NCBI GenBank assembly: GCA_965153355.1
Contig: OZ231126.1
Coordinates: 6,138,001 to 6,202,000, forward strand
Direction: 5' to 3'
Source: Flaccisagitta enflata
Lineage: Eukaryota
DNA length: 64,000 bases
The notes under the pieces are model-generated. The model saw only the letters and a program-made list of their open reading frames with translations. It ran no database searches and had not been told where the DNA came from. A program made the translations under genes and the position numbers. This document shows positions 1 through 14,244 of the stretch, one piece after another (the stretch's first letter is position 1; each line of letters starts with the position of its first letter).

Positions 1-741
1 CATGCCTCCCAATCTTCCATGGCCTGTGGGCCCGCTATCCCCCACCATTTGGCCACCTTATGGATTATCGCCGCCTTGTCTTCCTTTTGGATATTTTCCT
101 CAACCATCGTCAGATTCACATCTACCTCAACCTCCTATGCTCTGTGTGGATCCCGACCGACCGACGGACACAGCCAGTTATAGAGGTGCTTTGTCGCACC
201 TAAAAACGACAAGAAATGTGCGCAGTAACTAGTTTTGGGAATGAGTAGCTGATCCACGGATTATTACCTGCTTGAATGCTGGTGGCAATGTGCAATTCAC
301 GCATCGCCTGATTTTTAGTCGCGGACACGCGACTCTACACCATGCCGTGTTGGTCGGTACGTACAAAAGTCACATTTTTGAATTGCGAGCAGTTTTTGCA
401 TTACTGCTCCTGCCCATCCGTCCGCGACAGGATTGCCGTGTATCCAGCCTCGTTCTTTCAATATGCAGGTTTATATGACAAAGGCAGAATATTGATTTTC
501 ACGCTAGGATAAAATTGTTATATAAAGAGAAGAAAAAACTAGTTGTTTGTTTGGTGTGTATAATTGTTTCCACATGTTTGCTTTTTGTTTTTTTGTGTTT
601 TTTTTTTGGTACTTAATTTCATTGGATTTTTTCATCAATTAGAGAAAATTCACATTGCTCAAACATAATCGGATTCAGTAAGAAATAACGTCGAAGGGTG
701 GATAAATTCATTATATAACTCAAAAAGAGATTAAAATGGCT

Positions 742-1262
742 TCAAGGACGCTTTACAACTTGAAAATGCCTCATTCTAGGAATGTTTGCAATAAAAATGG
801 ATTCCTCGTCGTCAGAAAAAGGAATACCGGCGTAAGGGTACCGTTCATATCTCCATACTCTTGGAGAAATTTCCGCACAAACATAAATGGGCGTTTTTAG
901 AATCCGCGCGAAAGCATTTATTTCTTTGTCCCGCATCCACACGCCATTCACGGACATTTGATTGACTTCCTCCTCATCTTCGCCCGCTTCTCTTTGAAAA
1001 TCAGTGACAAGTTTTCGTAACTCTTTATCGTGATTTTGACGTCCAGTGATCGCAACGGAGAGTGCATGAGCCAAGCAATTGCCGTCTTCGTCGACGTTGA
1101 TTAGAACTTGAGGCTTTCGTTGTGGAAGTGGCATTGTTCTGGCTCCTGACCAAACTGATCGTTTTGGAGACGCAAATCCAAGGCTTTCAGCAGTGCGTCG
1201 TTGCCATTCCGCACTCACAGGGCGAAAAAATCGTACTGGTCCCTTCACCGTTTCTTTAAAAA

Positions 1263-1301
<39 letters not shown>

Positions 1302-1311
1302 CCGAGTCAAA

Positions 1312-1386
<75 letters not shown>

Positions 1387-1489
1387 ACCAGATCCTGTAC
1401 ATATCACGGAGTCATCCTTGGTTTCTACATTGCCCGACGGACATGGTTGTTGTGTTGGACTCATATTAGACCCAGCGTGCCCATGCGAC

Positions 1490-1530
<41 letters not shown>

Positions 1531-1834
1531 TTTGTGAGTATAGATAATTTCAGCTCCTCCTGCAACGCTGCCCCTGTCCAACCACGGCTTGCTTAGGCCC
1601 TTTCAATCAACCTGTTTGATTTTTCCACAAGACTGCAAAGGTTGTGAGATGGTCTTCAGCTTTTCCAATTTGATCGGTTTCTTTGAACGTGGGGACAGGT
1701 TCTAAAAATGGAAGGAATTGCAGGATGAAAAGTATCTTATACAGATTCCCAGTTACCTCGATTCTGAGTGCTTTGTGCGGTTATACGTTTGACCATGTGT
1801 GTGTGCGTGCGCGTGTTTGTGTTGCGTGTTTGTG

Positions 1835-1933
<99 letters not shown>

Positions 1934-2168
1934 TATGTGTATGAATCTGTATGCGGTTCCGTGAAAAAAGGATCATGACACATTGGACCTGAAAAAGAAC
2001 GGCAAGAAGACAGAGAAACAGGAGGAAGAGGAATTTTAAAAAGTTTTGAGGCCGGTTTCAAGGCTGGATACGCGGGTGGGCAGGGGCAGTAATCAAAAAG
2101 CTATCTAAGCATTTGGTCACCAGAAGTCATGCAAAAATTGCCAGTAAACACCCGAACAAGCTAAGTGG

Positions 2169-2266
<98 letters not shown>

Positions 2267-4848
2267 AAACAGCGGCGGGAGCTGCAGCGGCGGCAAACAA
2301 AAGCGGCTTCAGTGGCAGCGGTAGTAGCAGTGGCAGAAGACAAACTGATAGTAATGAAATTTTAAATGCTGCTTATTTTAAAAGTCACGATTACCTTTAT
2401 TTTTTTCTGTATTGAATGGTTCATGTCTATGTATAACCACTGTACAAACAAGTGACATAGGGGTGACAATATCGTGGCGGACGGCAAGGCATACAAGCCC
2501 CATCCACACCTTTACCAACCCCATACTCACAAACACAGACCAGCATCAAAAATGCGCGTTTTTGCACTTTTTAACTCGATGATCACGGACCGGCGGACCG
2601 ACAGACCAATGAACCAACGGAGAGACAAAGCCTCTTATAGAGTTGCGTGTTTGCATTTAAAAAAGAAAGATTTGATTTTCAATACTTTTCATGGTCGAAT
2701 ATGTATCTGTTGGTGCATCTATAATACGGTTAGTTGGTCTGAAGTACCTCACTTTTTAATTTAGACACAGAACTTTACAAAAGGCTTTGTCAGTTTGTTG
2801 GTCCATTGGTCCGTCCATTGGTCTTGATCAAGTCAAATTGAGAAAGCGCAAATTTATGATGCTGTAGTTGCAATTGTCTCTGTGTGTGAGTAAGCATGGT
2901 GTGGGGGAGGGTATGGATGAGAGTTGTATGCCCTGGGGGGGCCCCCCCCCCCCCCCATCCGTAAAGACACTAAACCTGCGTCACTTATTGACAATTACAA
3001 ACTGAATGAGCTGAGACACTGTACATAGAAAAAAAACTCAAATGAGATAATCTTATGAAGATTCGAAAAATATTAAGTGGCGATTCTTATAATCTCAAAT
3101 CGGGATACACAAGTCTTTTGTCGTAATACCTTAAGCACGGATTTTCCTGCAGACTTTGATTGTTGAGGTTGCTTCTTCTTTCCTTCCTCTTGATTCACCA
3201 CCTTACGGTTGACACTCGACTTACGGGGTCGGGCATCTTTTTCTTCCCACTCTGCCTCTACAGGAAGACCGTATGTTTTGCCCTTGGAGACAGGGTTCTT
3301 GTTCCTTGCCAAACCATCGTTAATTTTCCTCACTGATCAATAAAAAGAATTAATGGAACGCAATTGCATTGTCAATATTTCAAAAGTCTATATTGGGCCT
3401 TTAAATGAATCATTCATACTTTTAGCTTGCTGTCTTTTCCCTGAATCACGATATATCTGCTCGCGATCGTGTTTGGCCTTGCGAGTTCGGAGATCTGCAG
3501 CCAAGCGTTTCCGCTGTACTGCAGAGAGCGGCCAACCCTGAGACTTCCACAATCTCGAGACCCAGTGGTCCTCGATGCTGTCGTCACCGTAGTCCAGCCT
3601 TGTGTGATGGTAGGGAAAGTAAGATTTAGCTACAGAACATGCTGGCAACTTGAAGAAGCTTTGTCCGTCTTTTGGTCTGCTTATCCATCCATTGGTCCAT
3701 TTGTCCATTGAAATTGAAAGGTATGACATTTTAGCATTTTAGATGCTGCAGTTGTAATTAAATGCAAGGGGAAAGGAGGGGGGGGTATGGCACAACGCAA
3801 TCCTCCCTATTACTTCTGTACTGGTAACGGGTCAGGGATCTTTGAAGAAAGAGTCAGGGATCCTTTTGATACTTATCAATTGATCCCAGTCAATTCACTT
3901 ATCGTTTTGGATCTTTTAATTCCGCTTTCTTTGAATTCATTTTTAGTTGCGTGCACGCGACTCTACGACCCGCTTTGTCCGTCAGTCGGTTGGCTGGTCG
4001 GTCAGTCGGTCATGTTTTACTTTATTTTATGATTTTATTTCTTTGACCTTACTGCTCCTGCCCAAAGGGTCCAGCGACCACAAATATGGCCCCTGCCCAC
4101 CCGCACGCGACTTTGGTAGCGTGGGGCTAGCCTAGCATTCCCCCTCCCACAAACACAAATGAGTTATAGCGGGATGGACCAACGGACTAGTCAACACACA
4201 AAGCCTCGCAAGTCCCGTGTCGTCGGCAATAAAGGGAGAGAAAGAGAGACAGAGAGGCAGAGAGAGGTATAGACAGACAGAGACAAGGACCATGGGCAGA
4301 CTAACAGACACGTTTAGTAATTTAAGGACACAATGATTGAGAGGCAGATAGACTGAAAAAGACTGATATGTAGATCAACAAGAAAACAGACTAATAGACA
4401 GACAAACGATGAAGGGGATACAGCACCGAATGTATTCATGGCTTCCAAATATGATTCTTTGAAGGGCTTTGTGTAAGCGTCGGCGACAGTAGGCGAAGGG
4501 TCACCATCAGTGGACATTGAGTTGCGCGTTGCAGCGTCATAGGACGACAAAACCGGAAGAGAAGCTGCGTCCTCCCCATCCGTCCTGATTGAATCATTTA
4601 TGTCGCAGCTCTCGCTAGGAGTAATTTTGTTCGTGTTTGTTGCATCTTCAGCAGAGTTAGTATTGAACGACTCTGACTCCTTGGCTGCATAAGAAAAAAT
4701 ATTGGCAATAAAACTATGAAACAATAGCAAAATAGGTATCTCTAATAAGAAAGTTTCTAGTACTTTTCAGTCCTTTCATAACCATCTTAATTAAGACAAA
4801 ATAGACGGAAAGAGACTGAGACGGAAAATCAGTGTCACGGCTTGGTAA

Positions 4849-4920
<72 letters not shown>

Positions 4921-5530
4921 ATCCCTGAGACACAGAAACACGTCTATGGGAGCGGCATTTTTCATTTCGTATTTCAAATTTGGTCTTGTTTGCTTTGGTC
5001 GTCGTGTTCTTGAGTGGTTACTTTGGTGATATGTTATCATTCCAAACAGACATTCAGAGGCGCAGACATACAGATGAATGAGTGTGTTCATGACTTCCAT
5101 GCGTGGTGTTCGTCTTTGAAACTGCTTTCCGTTCGGCCCCCGATCCCCCGAGCGTGAGCAAAGCGCACGGCTGTGACGGTGGTGGTGGTGTGGAAGGGGA
5201 GGCAGACACAGGGGGGGGATGGACAAGTGGGCGGACGGACACATAAAGGATTGACTTGGGTTGATAAGGAGGGGGAACAGACAGACATGTAGCCAGTAGG
5301 ACAGACAGGCATGGCTAAAGAAAGACAAGCGGGCAAACGAGGGATCATGTTGGTGCATCAGCCTCCTTTTGCGCGGCGTCGATGTCTTGATTCCTCAAAC
5401 ACTACTGCTGCTGCTGCTACTGCCGTTGTTGTCGGCAGCGGCTTTTGGATGTAATTGTCCGTGATGTTGTTGTTGTTATTGTTGGTAATGTTGTTGTTGT
5501 TGTTGTTGTTGCTGTTGTTGTTGTTGTTGT

Positions 5531-5605
<75 letters not shown>

Positions 5606-5728
5606 GCACGCTCACACACATGGAGACAAGTTTGATAGTGTCAGAGGCAGATGTAGATAGACAAAAGATAGACAGGTAGAAAAATTACCAGGCGGTTTCC
5701 TACGACGTGCCATTCGCATCTTTTCCAT
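742..5728 (-). CDS. Multi-exon gene (~470 aa) with a low-complexity/basic N-terminus and a C-terminal OTU-family cysteine protease (deubiquitinase-like) domain
   Basis: The last exon (742-1253) encodes VDEDGNCLAHALS...W...EI.AFA.IL...IYV...RHFQVV (OTU D-x-x-C...H). Phase-consistent GT-AG exon chain: 5689-5728 (MEKMRMARRRKPP), 4422-4684, 3814-3839, 3420-3598, 3130-3332, 1612-1701, 1389-1488, 742-1253. The upstream exons are less certain than the OTU exon, and extra exons near 5072-5171 are possible. Confidence 0.7.
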
Positions 5729-6365
5729 CTTTTTCTTTACATTGCGATTCGGTTTTGCGTTGAATGAACGCATTGTTCATAAAGCGTAACTCAAATGAAG
5801 AGGAAACAAAAAAATTCAAACGAATAATTATTTTGACGCTCCACTAAATTCTGCAGTTGCAATCAACAACTTCTACGGCGCAGTTTAACGAGGAAAACTC
5901 TGCTCTACGTAGACAGCGTCCGCTGTGCTTGTGATTATGTAGCATAAAAATAGTAATGTGTTACTGTACATGAATTTTTTACTGTATCCATTGTGCAAAA
6001 ATATGAGACTATGTATTTAGATTCCTTTCATCATTCAAACGCTTTTTCATTTTTTTATGTACTTCCCATTTGAAACTCGAAATTCTGGGTTTTGATGGTC
6101 TTCCCCGACTTCTCGTTTACCCAAAACCATTGTCCGTTATGAGTTTGAGTAATGCGCCTCCTCAAAAAATGATCAAACGTATGATTATTCTCATTGGTAT
6201 TGATCCAAATACAAAATGACATAAGACATCGGATTTTTCCCTCAAAAACTAACAAAAGGCCCTCTAAAGAGTGCATTGAGACTGCTTAGGCCCAAGAAAA
6301 GACCATCTGAAAACCTTCGATGTTCCGCTATTACAGTCCTTAATCTTCTTTCTTGAACTTCACAG

Positions 6366-8908
6366 TGATCGAGGATGAAGACGCGGCTTTGTACATTATC
6401 AGTCGGGCCACGAGTCCTTCTCAATTGAACATGCATAACAAGTCCTGGTCAGCGCCGATCCATCTGGCCGCCAAAGTCAACAACGCCAATTCCTTGAGGG
6501 ATTTGATCGTCGCCGGCGCCAACGTGGCGGAGAGAGACGCCAGAGGAGACACCGCCTTACACATCGCCGCATCGAGAGGGTAAGTTTAGTAAACGATTCT
6601 GGAATTCCATTGGTTCTACTGGTACTGGAAGTTATTTTTGGGTGCGCCAATGCACCTCTATCTGGCTTTGTCCGTTGGTCGGTCTGTTGGTTGGTCGGTC
6701 GGTAACGCATATGTTCGACGATCCACTTACTGGCACCTTACTGGCCTACTTTCGCTTGTTTCTCGCGGAATGGAATGAAACAATGATAGATTCACATGAG
6801 CGATTGGTGGTATTGTGGAACTGCCAGGTCTGTATATAGTTCTACATTTCTCTCCTCCCCCCCCGTGGGGTTTGGAGATGGGGAAGGAAATCTCAGGATG
6901 GACAAAGAGAACACAATTTAACATTATTTGAACCTTAAAAACATTGTTTTATTGCTATATGTATATGTGGAAGAAAATCATGGATTTTCTAACGCCACGC
7001 GACACGTCGCGGGGAAGATAATCAAACAGGGGGGGGGGGAAATAATCAAAGGTCATAGAACTATACACACCCCTGGGTACTGCTTATTTGGCAAGAAATA
7101 ATGGGATCGATTGAAAGGACCATCAGGACGATATGGATGGGAGAACCATCCCTATACCCTTATATTTGGTAAGGTGAAAAGTGTTAATCTCTTCCTTTAC
7201 ATCTTACCAATTTTCCACTAAGGCACTTGGAGTCTGTGGTGTCGTTAACCCGTCCTTTGTCCCGAGATGATCCCGTCATCACCAACTACAAGCCTCCCTT
7301 TCAAAGACTACCGCAGAATTTGGAAGTGACCAATTACGATGGATTGACTTGCTTCCATCTCGCCGCCTTACACAGGTTTGTGTAATGCACACAGATACAC
7401 GGATCTAGCTCTGGAGATCGCAGGTGTGCATGACAATTTGGTTGCATAAGATTGCCAACAGACATTCCCGAAAACATTCTTATTTGATTTTGGTCCTTTG
7501 TAAAAGCTCCGTTTAGTTTATACTCAAAAAATGTTTAATTTTCTCGCTTCTTAACACGAACGAGCGTAACCCCCGGACAAAATTTTATCAGTGCAACTGA
7601 ACTGTCTGTCAAATTTTCTTTTTTTTTAATTCAATGAACTACGATGTTTTTTTTTCTCCTCATCGTTCAATCTCGAGGAATCGAATCGGGTCTCGATGTC
7701 AATGACCTTTTCTCTTTGTTTTTCTAAGCGCGGAGCTCTTTTTATATTGGTTTGAATTGTATTTCGGCGCATGAATTGGCTTCTTCCCACAGACGGAAGC
7801 GGCAAAAGCCTGATCATGCAGTTTCGCTACGGCGCTGATGTCATTGGCTAGAATGATTTCATACTTCAATGATCAAGTTCCCTTTGTCTTTGTCCGCCTT
7901 TAGACGAAAACTGATCATGCACGAGCTGAGAGATTAGAGATTAGAGAGATAAAGGATTAATTAAGAAAAATATTCTTTATATTTATAAAGTTCATCTTTC
8001 TTTTTCTTCCCTCCAGACGAAAGCGGATCATGCAAGAATTGTACCGATACGGAGCCGACGTCAACGCGGCCGACACGAAAAGCGGCCGAACAGCGCTGCA
8101 TTTCGCCGTTGAAAAAGGCGACACGGATGTCGTCAAATATTTACTGCAGGTGAGCACTATTAGCCGGAAATGATGGATGTTTATGTTGGTCTTTATTGGG
8201 CTGCTTGTCTGAGCGATTCCTAATGTACTCGATGATTCATAGAGAACTTAGTTATTAAACCACAAATTTGTTGTTTACATATATGTTATGTGGTTACGGG
8301 CGGAAATGAATAATCAACAGAAACTCAAAACCTTTTTGCCTTTTTCTTTCTCTTTCAAACGATTTTTCCCCCTGTTTCTCTTTCTTCATCTTCTTCTTCT
8401 TCTTCCTTCTTCCACTACTCTTCTTTCTCCTTCTTTTTCTTCTTCTCTTTCTTCTTCTCTTCCTTCTTCTCTTCCTTCTTCTCTTCCCTCTCCTTATCTT
8501 TCTTCTTCTCTTCCCTCTCCTTATCTTTCTTCTTCTTTTTCCTTCTCCTTTTCCTTCTCTTTCTTTTTCTTCTCCTCTTCCTTCTCTTCCTCCTCCTCTT
8601 CCTGCTTCTTTTCCTTCTCCTTTTCCTTTTCCTCCTCCTCCCTCCCTCAGAACTGCAAAGCCGATGTAAACAGCGAATCGATGGACGGATCGACTCCTCT
8701 TTGTTTGGCCGAAGGGCGTGGTTTCACTTCGTTGGCGGCGTTGCTCCGGAGTTACGGCGCCGACCGAAGTCGAGGTATCCAGGCTTTCCGTATGAAAGAC
8801 CGCATGGATGACGACGACGATGATGAAGGCTGCGGTCGTCATGATGAATCGGATTACGAGTCCGACTGCGAGCAATCCTCCAGCGAGGATTTTGCCAATT
8901 TGTTGTAA
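6366..8908 (+). CDS. cact: IkappaB/Cactus-like NF-kB inhibitor (ankyrin repeats plus acidic PEST tail); 5' exons not found in the window
   Basis: Exons 6366-6579, 7223-7375, 8017-8149 and 8651-8908 join in frame. They give SAPIHLAA, GDTALHIAASRG, the IkB-type insert followed by LEVTNYDGLTCFHLA, GADVNAADTKSGRTALHFAVE, DGSTPLCLA and a D/E/S-rich tail. No DSGxxS degron exon was seen upstream within the window. Confidence 0.85.
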
Positions 8909-9546
8909 TCGTATTTCAATTTCGCCTAGCAAAAAACAAAAACGGAATGTTCATTAAAAAAAAAAAAGAAAAAATTTTTCGGATACCAAGGTTACAGAAG
9001 TCAGAATGCTAACTCTTTGGATCGGTCGTGTCAATTAGAAAGGTTATTCATTCTTTCCTATTTACCAGTTACCCTGTGTCTCTCCCCCCCCCACTAGCGC
9101 GAGGACAATGGAACGTTCTCTTTATATATCTATTATCTTGAATCAAATTGTCAAACATACATTTACTTATGATTATGAAACCTTGAGTTCAAAGGACCCC
9201 AGTGTGACGTACCGCACGAATCGTGCTATACCTGAATTACCTGTGATCTGGGGGTTAGGTTGGGATCGGCATGGGCTTAAGACAGGTTGACTATTTCGCG
9301 AATTGCATAGACAAATCAACTGGAATAATGTTTATGACGGTGTCAGAGCGACGCGGACCTTCACCAATATGGTTGCATATATCTTTAGCGTAAAGTCAAA
9401 ACAGAAGTCATTGAATTGACGTCACTCAAAATTGAGTCTCAGCATCACTTAAGCATACCTCTCATACTTAATCGTCGGTCGGTGAACGGTCAAATACCAT
9501 CGACCAACCCCCTTTCCTGAGATAACGGTTCCACTTTCATGGAGTA

Positions 9547-9898
9547 CAGACGGGACCCTAATAAGAGCGGAGGAGGGACCCAAAGTTTTAGCATCACCCC
9601 CTAAAGCTCAAATGGTTCAAGCATTTCTCTTGATTTTTGAATTTTTACCTAGAACACCCTTAAATTTGGCAAAATCACGCTCTGAACCCTTATAAAATTA
9701 AACCCAATTTTTTCTTCAATTTTGAAAATTTGGGGGTGTTCTATGTGGAAATTCAAAAATCGCCACGGTGGCGCCAATTGTATCCACCCAAGGCGTTATC
9801 CGCCATTGCAACTAAGAAATTTGCTTGAGCCATATAGGCTGTAGGGGGTGATGCTAAAACTTTGGGTCCCTCCTCCGCTCTTATTAGGGTCCCGTCTG
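9547..9898. mobile_element. MITE, Tc1/mariner-type (TA target duplication)
   Basis: TIR of >50 bp, CAGACGGGACCCTAATAAGAGCGGAGGAGGGACCCAAAGTTTTAGCATCACCCCCTA, with its reverse complement ending at 9898. TA at 9545-9546 and 9899-9900. Confidence 0.85.
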
Positions 9899-10473
9899 TA
9901 CATGTATTTCTGCTGGTCATTGGAATTTGTACGGTGCCTTTATGGTTAAAACGTTATTGGTCTTTTACCCTTTGTCATCATTTGTGCTGCAAATTTGATG
10001 CGAGATGACGCGTTGAATCTTGGAATTTGGATGCTTTATTTATTTGTTTCATGAATATGTTCTGCCTTTATTCAAACACTGCATACTGTATAATGCACCA
10101 TTGTTTTTTTACTTTCACTGTTAGGGCTGTAAATATGAAAGGATGTTCCAAATGTCTAACAAAAAAAACTCATCTTTATAAATGCTTGATTGTTGGTTAG
10201 ATTTGAGAGTTCTGTGGTCGCGTTGGATGGTCCCTTGTGGTCGCGCTGTGGTCTCCTGTGTGATGTGCTTGATTCATTGTATCCAGCTGGTTCGCCTACA
10301 CTTATATTGAATTTCATCTTCTTCCATCTCTCATTGCTTTCTTTCATTGTTTTGATCGAAAAACCTAAATGAGGGTCGTCATGAGTGAATCAGTTTCGAA
10401 AGCAAACATGCTATGCTCAGTTGCTCGTTAGGTAGCTTTCTTTGCTGCGCATAAAATTGAGGTCATCCTACTG

Positions 10474-10622
10474 CAGGGTTAAGGATGCGCGGGATTTCCA
10501 AAAGCGTTCGCGTTCGCGTTTTCCAGCAGCTCGCGCATCGCGTTACGCATCGCATCCAACGTTTTTGGCGGCTAATGCGTTCGCGTTACGCGTTTTCAAC
10601 GCTTCTTACACTATTTTCTTTT

Positions 10623-10685
<63 letters not shown>

Positions 10686-10738
10686 GAGAAAGAAAGAAGA
10701 AGGAGAAAAGAAAAACAAAAGAAAGGCAGAAAGAAGGA

Positions 10739-10814
<76 letters not shown>

Positions 10815-11670
10815 AAAAAGGAGAAAAGAAAAACAAAAGGAAGGCAGAAAGAAAGATAGAAGGAAGAAAAAGAGAAAGAAGGAAAGAGAGGAAAAGAGTA
10901 TGATAGAAAGAAAGAAAAAAAGAAAGATAGAAAAAAAGAGAATGAAAGAAAAAAAAGAAAGAAATGAAAGAAAACAAGGCCAGATACACGGCCACCAGTT
11001 GCGGATGGGTGGGCAGGGGCGGATATGCGCGTTTTCCCACTTTTCAACTCATGCTGACGGACGGACCAACGGACCAATGGACAAAGCCTCTTATAGAGTT
11101 GCGTGTCAGCAACTAAAAAGAAAATAAGGAAAGAAATAAAGAAAGAGGAGTAATTATGGAATTTATGAAAGAATGAAAAAAACAAGTGACGCGGGGTCGC
11201 AACCCTCATTCACACGCAACTCTCTCCCAACTCAGACTCAGACTCATACACAACAAGTGATGCGGGGTCACAATATCGTTGCGGATGGGTGGGTAGGGGT
11301 TTCCAACCCCCATCCACGCCCCAATACCCCACATATACACAAACATACGCTAAAGTACACAAAATGCTCATTTTCATTTTCATTTTGTTTTCATTTTTTC
11401 ATTTTCATTTGACTCATACTCATACTGACCGACTGACAGACCAATAAACCAACAGAGGGAGGGATGGACAAAGCCTCTTTTAGAGTTGTATGTCCGCAAC
11501 TAAAAAGCTTCCAAAAATCTCATTTTCCCACTTTTTGACTCGTGCTGGCAGACCAACAAATGGACGGAAAAAGCCTCCTATAGAGTTGTGTGTCCGCAAC
11601 GGAAACAAGTTAACCAGGGTCGCAATATTATCGTGGCAAACAACCTTCCCTCCCCAAGCACATGCTCGCG

Positions 11671-11761
<91 letters not shown>

Positions 11762-11969
11762 TTATAAAACCAATGAACTAAGGGATGGATTAAAAGGTTT
11801 AGGACAGGGCAAACGCAAAAGTGCATGGATGCGAACGCTTTGGTATGTTTGCGCGTTCGCATCCACTCCCTTATTTCAGCAAATGCGTTCGCATCCTTAT
11901 CCGCGTTTAGCAAAATCTCGCGCATCCTGTGCGTTCGCATTCTCATCCCGGATCGCATCCCTACCCCTG
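10474..11969. mobile_element. Possible non-autonomous hAT-like DNA element containing nested repeats and a (GAAA)n tract
   Basis: Imperfect TIRs CAGGGTTAAGGATGCG / CGCATCCCTACCCCTG and subterminal GCGTTCGC motifs at both ends. CATCCTA occurs on both flanks, but the TSD is not clean. Confidence 0.4.
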
Positions 11970-14244
11970 CATCCTAGAGAATGAAGGCAGAGTAAAAAAA
12001 AGATTCTCTCTTCCCATCATACTTCATTGGAAGGATATAAAATGTAGATGACTGCCTCGGATGTAAAGCCTGTCCCGTCAGGACCGATTTGAAGATAGAC
12101 AGATGGACTGACAAAGATAGACACATATAGGCAGAAAGTCAGAAACAGGGAAAAAGGACCGCCCATGTGATATCCAAGACAAACTTATTAGGTGCGACAA
12201 AGCACCACGATAACTGGCTGTGTCCGTCCGTCTGTCTGTCACGCACTTGTTCGACGATCCACACGTCGCACCTTATTGGCTTACTTTGCCTTGTTCATTC
12301 TTTTGACGTGCGCCAAAGTACGTCTGTAAGAACTCATGACCCTCTGTTGGTCGGTTTGTCGTGTTTAATTCACGGCGCACAGTGGTAGTCATCTTATTTC
12401 ACCCCGGCGACCTCGCAACATCTGTTTACCAATTATTGAGACAGTAGTGCAACAATTGTAGATGCTTCATTACTGCTGGTGAGCATCAATGAAAATCCTT
12501 GATATTGGATATTAGATGAGTATTTCCTGGTATGTTCCACATCAATTTCTATATATTGCCCCGATTTGGTTGCTTGTTTTCGACTTTATTACCTCTAAAC
12601 CACTAGCAAGCAACACGCAGTTGTCAATTTTTCTACAGCTTTAGTTTGACTTTTGAAAACCATCACTTTATGGAATCAATTGAAATCCATGGGCATATCA
12701 TAAAAGTTGAAAAAACTTTTCATAAGCAAAATCCGCATCTAATTGTCTATTCTTATATAGATTTTATAGGTATTTTTTTGGTAATATAGATTTTATAGGT
12801 ATTTTTTTGGTAATATAGATTTGATAGATATTTTCTTTGGTAATAAAGATTTTATAGGTATTTTTTTTTTGTAATTTTGCAACGATCTGCATAGGGAATT
12901 TTTTTACCATCTATTATCTCCTTCGATTTTGCCTCAAGCAATCTAGGTAAAATTCATGGGCAAAATAAAGATTTTTTTTGAACCCTAAGCGGTGGAAAAA
13001 TCCACATGTCGTAAAATATCTTTGTTTAGATTTGACAGTTTGATCTTGTCTCAATAATTGGTAAACAGATGTTTATTTGCCATTCTGAATATATAATGCT
13101 CGTAGCTTGATTGTTCTTTACAATGGTGGCCTGGGAATTATATGAGATTGTTTTTGACACGTAGCCACCTGTGTTTTTTGGCGGTGAGGTAGTGTCAGGG
13201 CACGTCAAACTTCATCTCTAAGCTCGAAAATGGGACGTCTGCGTGTCAACATTGATGGAAGAGTCATGTCTCATCGTTTTTGGGCAGCGGTCCCAAAGGA
13301 CCGATGTCCTGTAGGACACAGGGGTGAATTTCATTTTCATTTTGTTTGTCTGTACATACATTCATTCGTACGTCCCCCCTTCGCCTTTTAATTCCAAATC
13401 TGCTTCATTCAGGCCTGAAATCACCCCTAAGAGGCACATATCAACCCTCTCAGACCTAAAATCACCCCTATCAGATCCTTAATTGGCTCTCTCAGATCCA
13501 AAATCAGCCCTCTTTGGCTCAAAACCAGCCCTCTAAAATCATAAATCATCCCTCCCAAATTTGAATTTATCCCTTTGGCCTGAAATAGGCCCCATGACTC
13601 CTCAAATTTGCCCTCTTAGGCCCAAAATCTGACCTCTCAGGATGAATGGATGTAAGGAAATTCACCCCTGTTTCCTTCAAGACATCGCCCTTTTGAGGCT
13701 GCTGCCCTGTTCTCACTGCACTTCTTTAGCTAATCACTGCAAGAAGAGCATTGGGTACTGCTGACCATATGCAATCCTAAGATGACTTGTTTTGGGCAGC
13801 AACTCCAAAGGGGTCTTTTACACATATGGGGAATTTTCTCCTCTTTTCTACCCCTTCTCCCTCAAGGCCCAAATCCCAGTCTTGAGGTCCAAATCACAGC
13901 CAAGGGACCCAGATTTAGGCCTCAAGGTTGGAAGCTGGAACTCCAGGGTGGGATTTGGGCCTTGAGGCTTGAATTTGGTCCTTGAGGCTAGGATAAAGGT
14001 CTCAAGACTGATTTTTGGGTCTCGAGACTGGAATTTGGGCCTCGAGACTGAATTTGGGCCTCAAGACTGGAATTTGGGCCTTGAGACTGGGAGGGATGGA
14101 GGAGGAGAAGGATCGAGGAGGAGAAAATTCCCCATATGTGTGATACATAGATCATATCATCGACTCCTTTGGGGCCAGTGCCCCGGTCCCCCTTTAAAAT
14201 CAGGGTAAGATCAGGGTAAGATCATTGTGTTTTGCACAATAAAG

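Noticed and set aside
1737-2061. Possible OTU-gene exon containing (CA)n as His-Thr repeats
   Set aside because: The splice-like sites do not give a phase compatible with the neighbouring exons.
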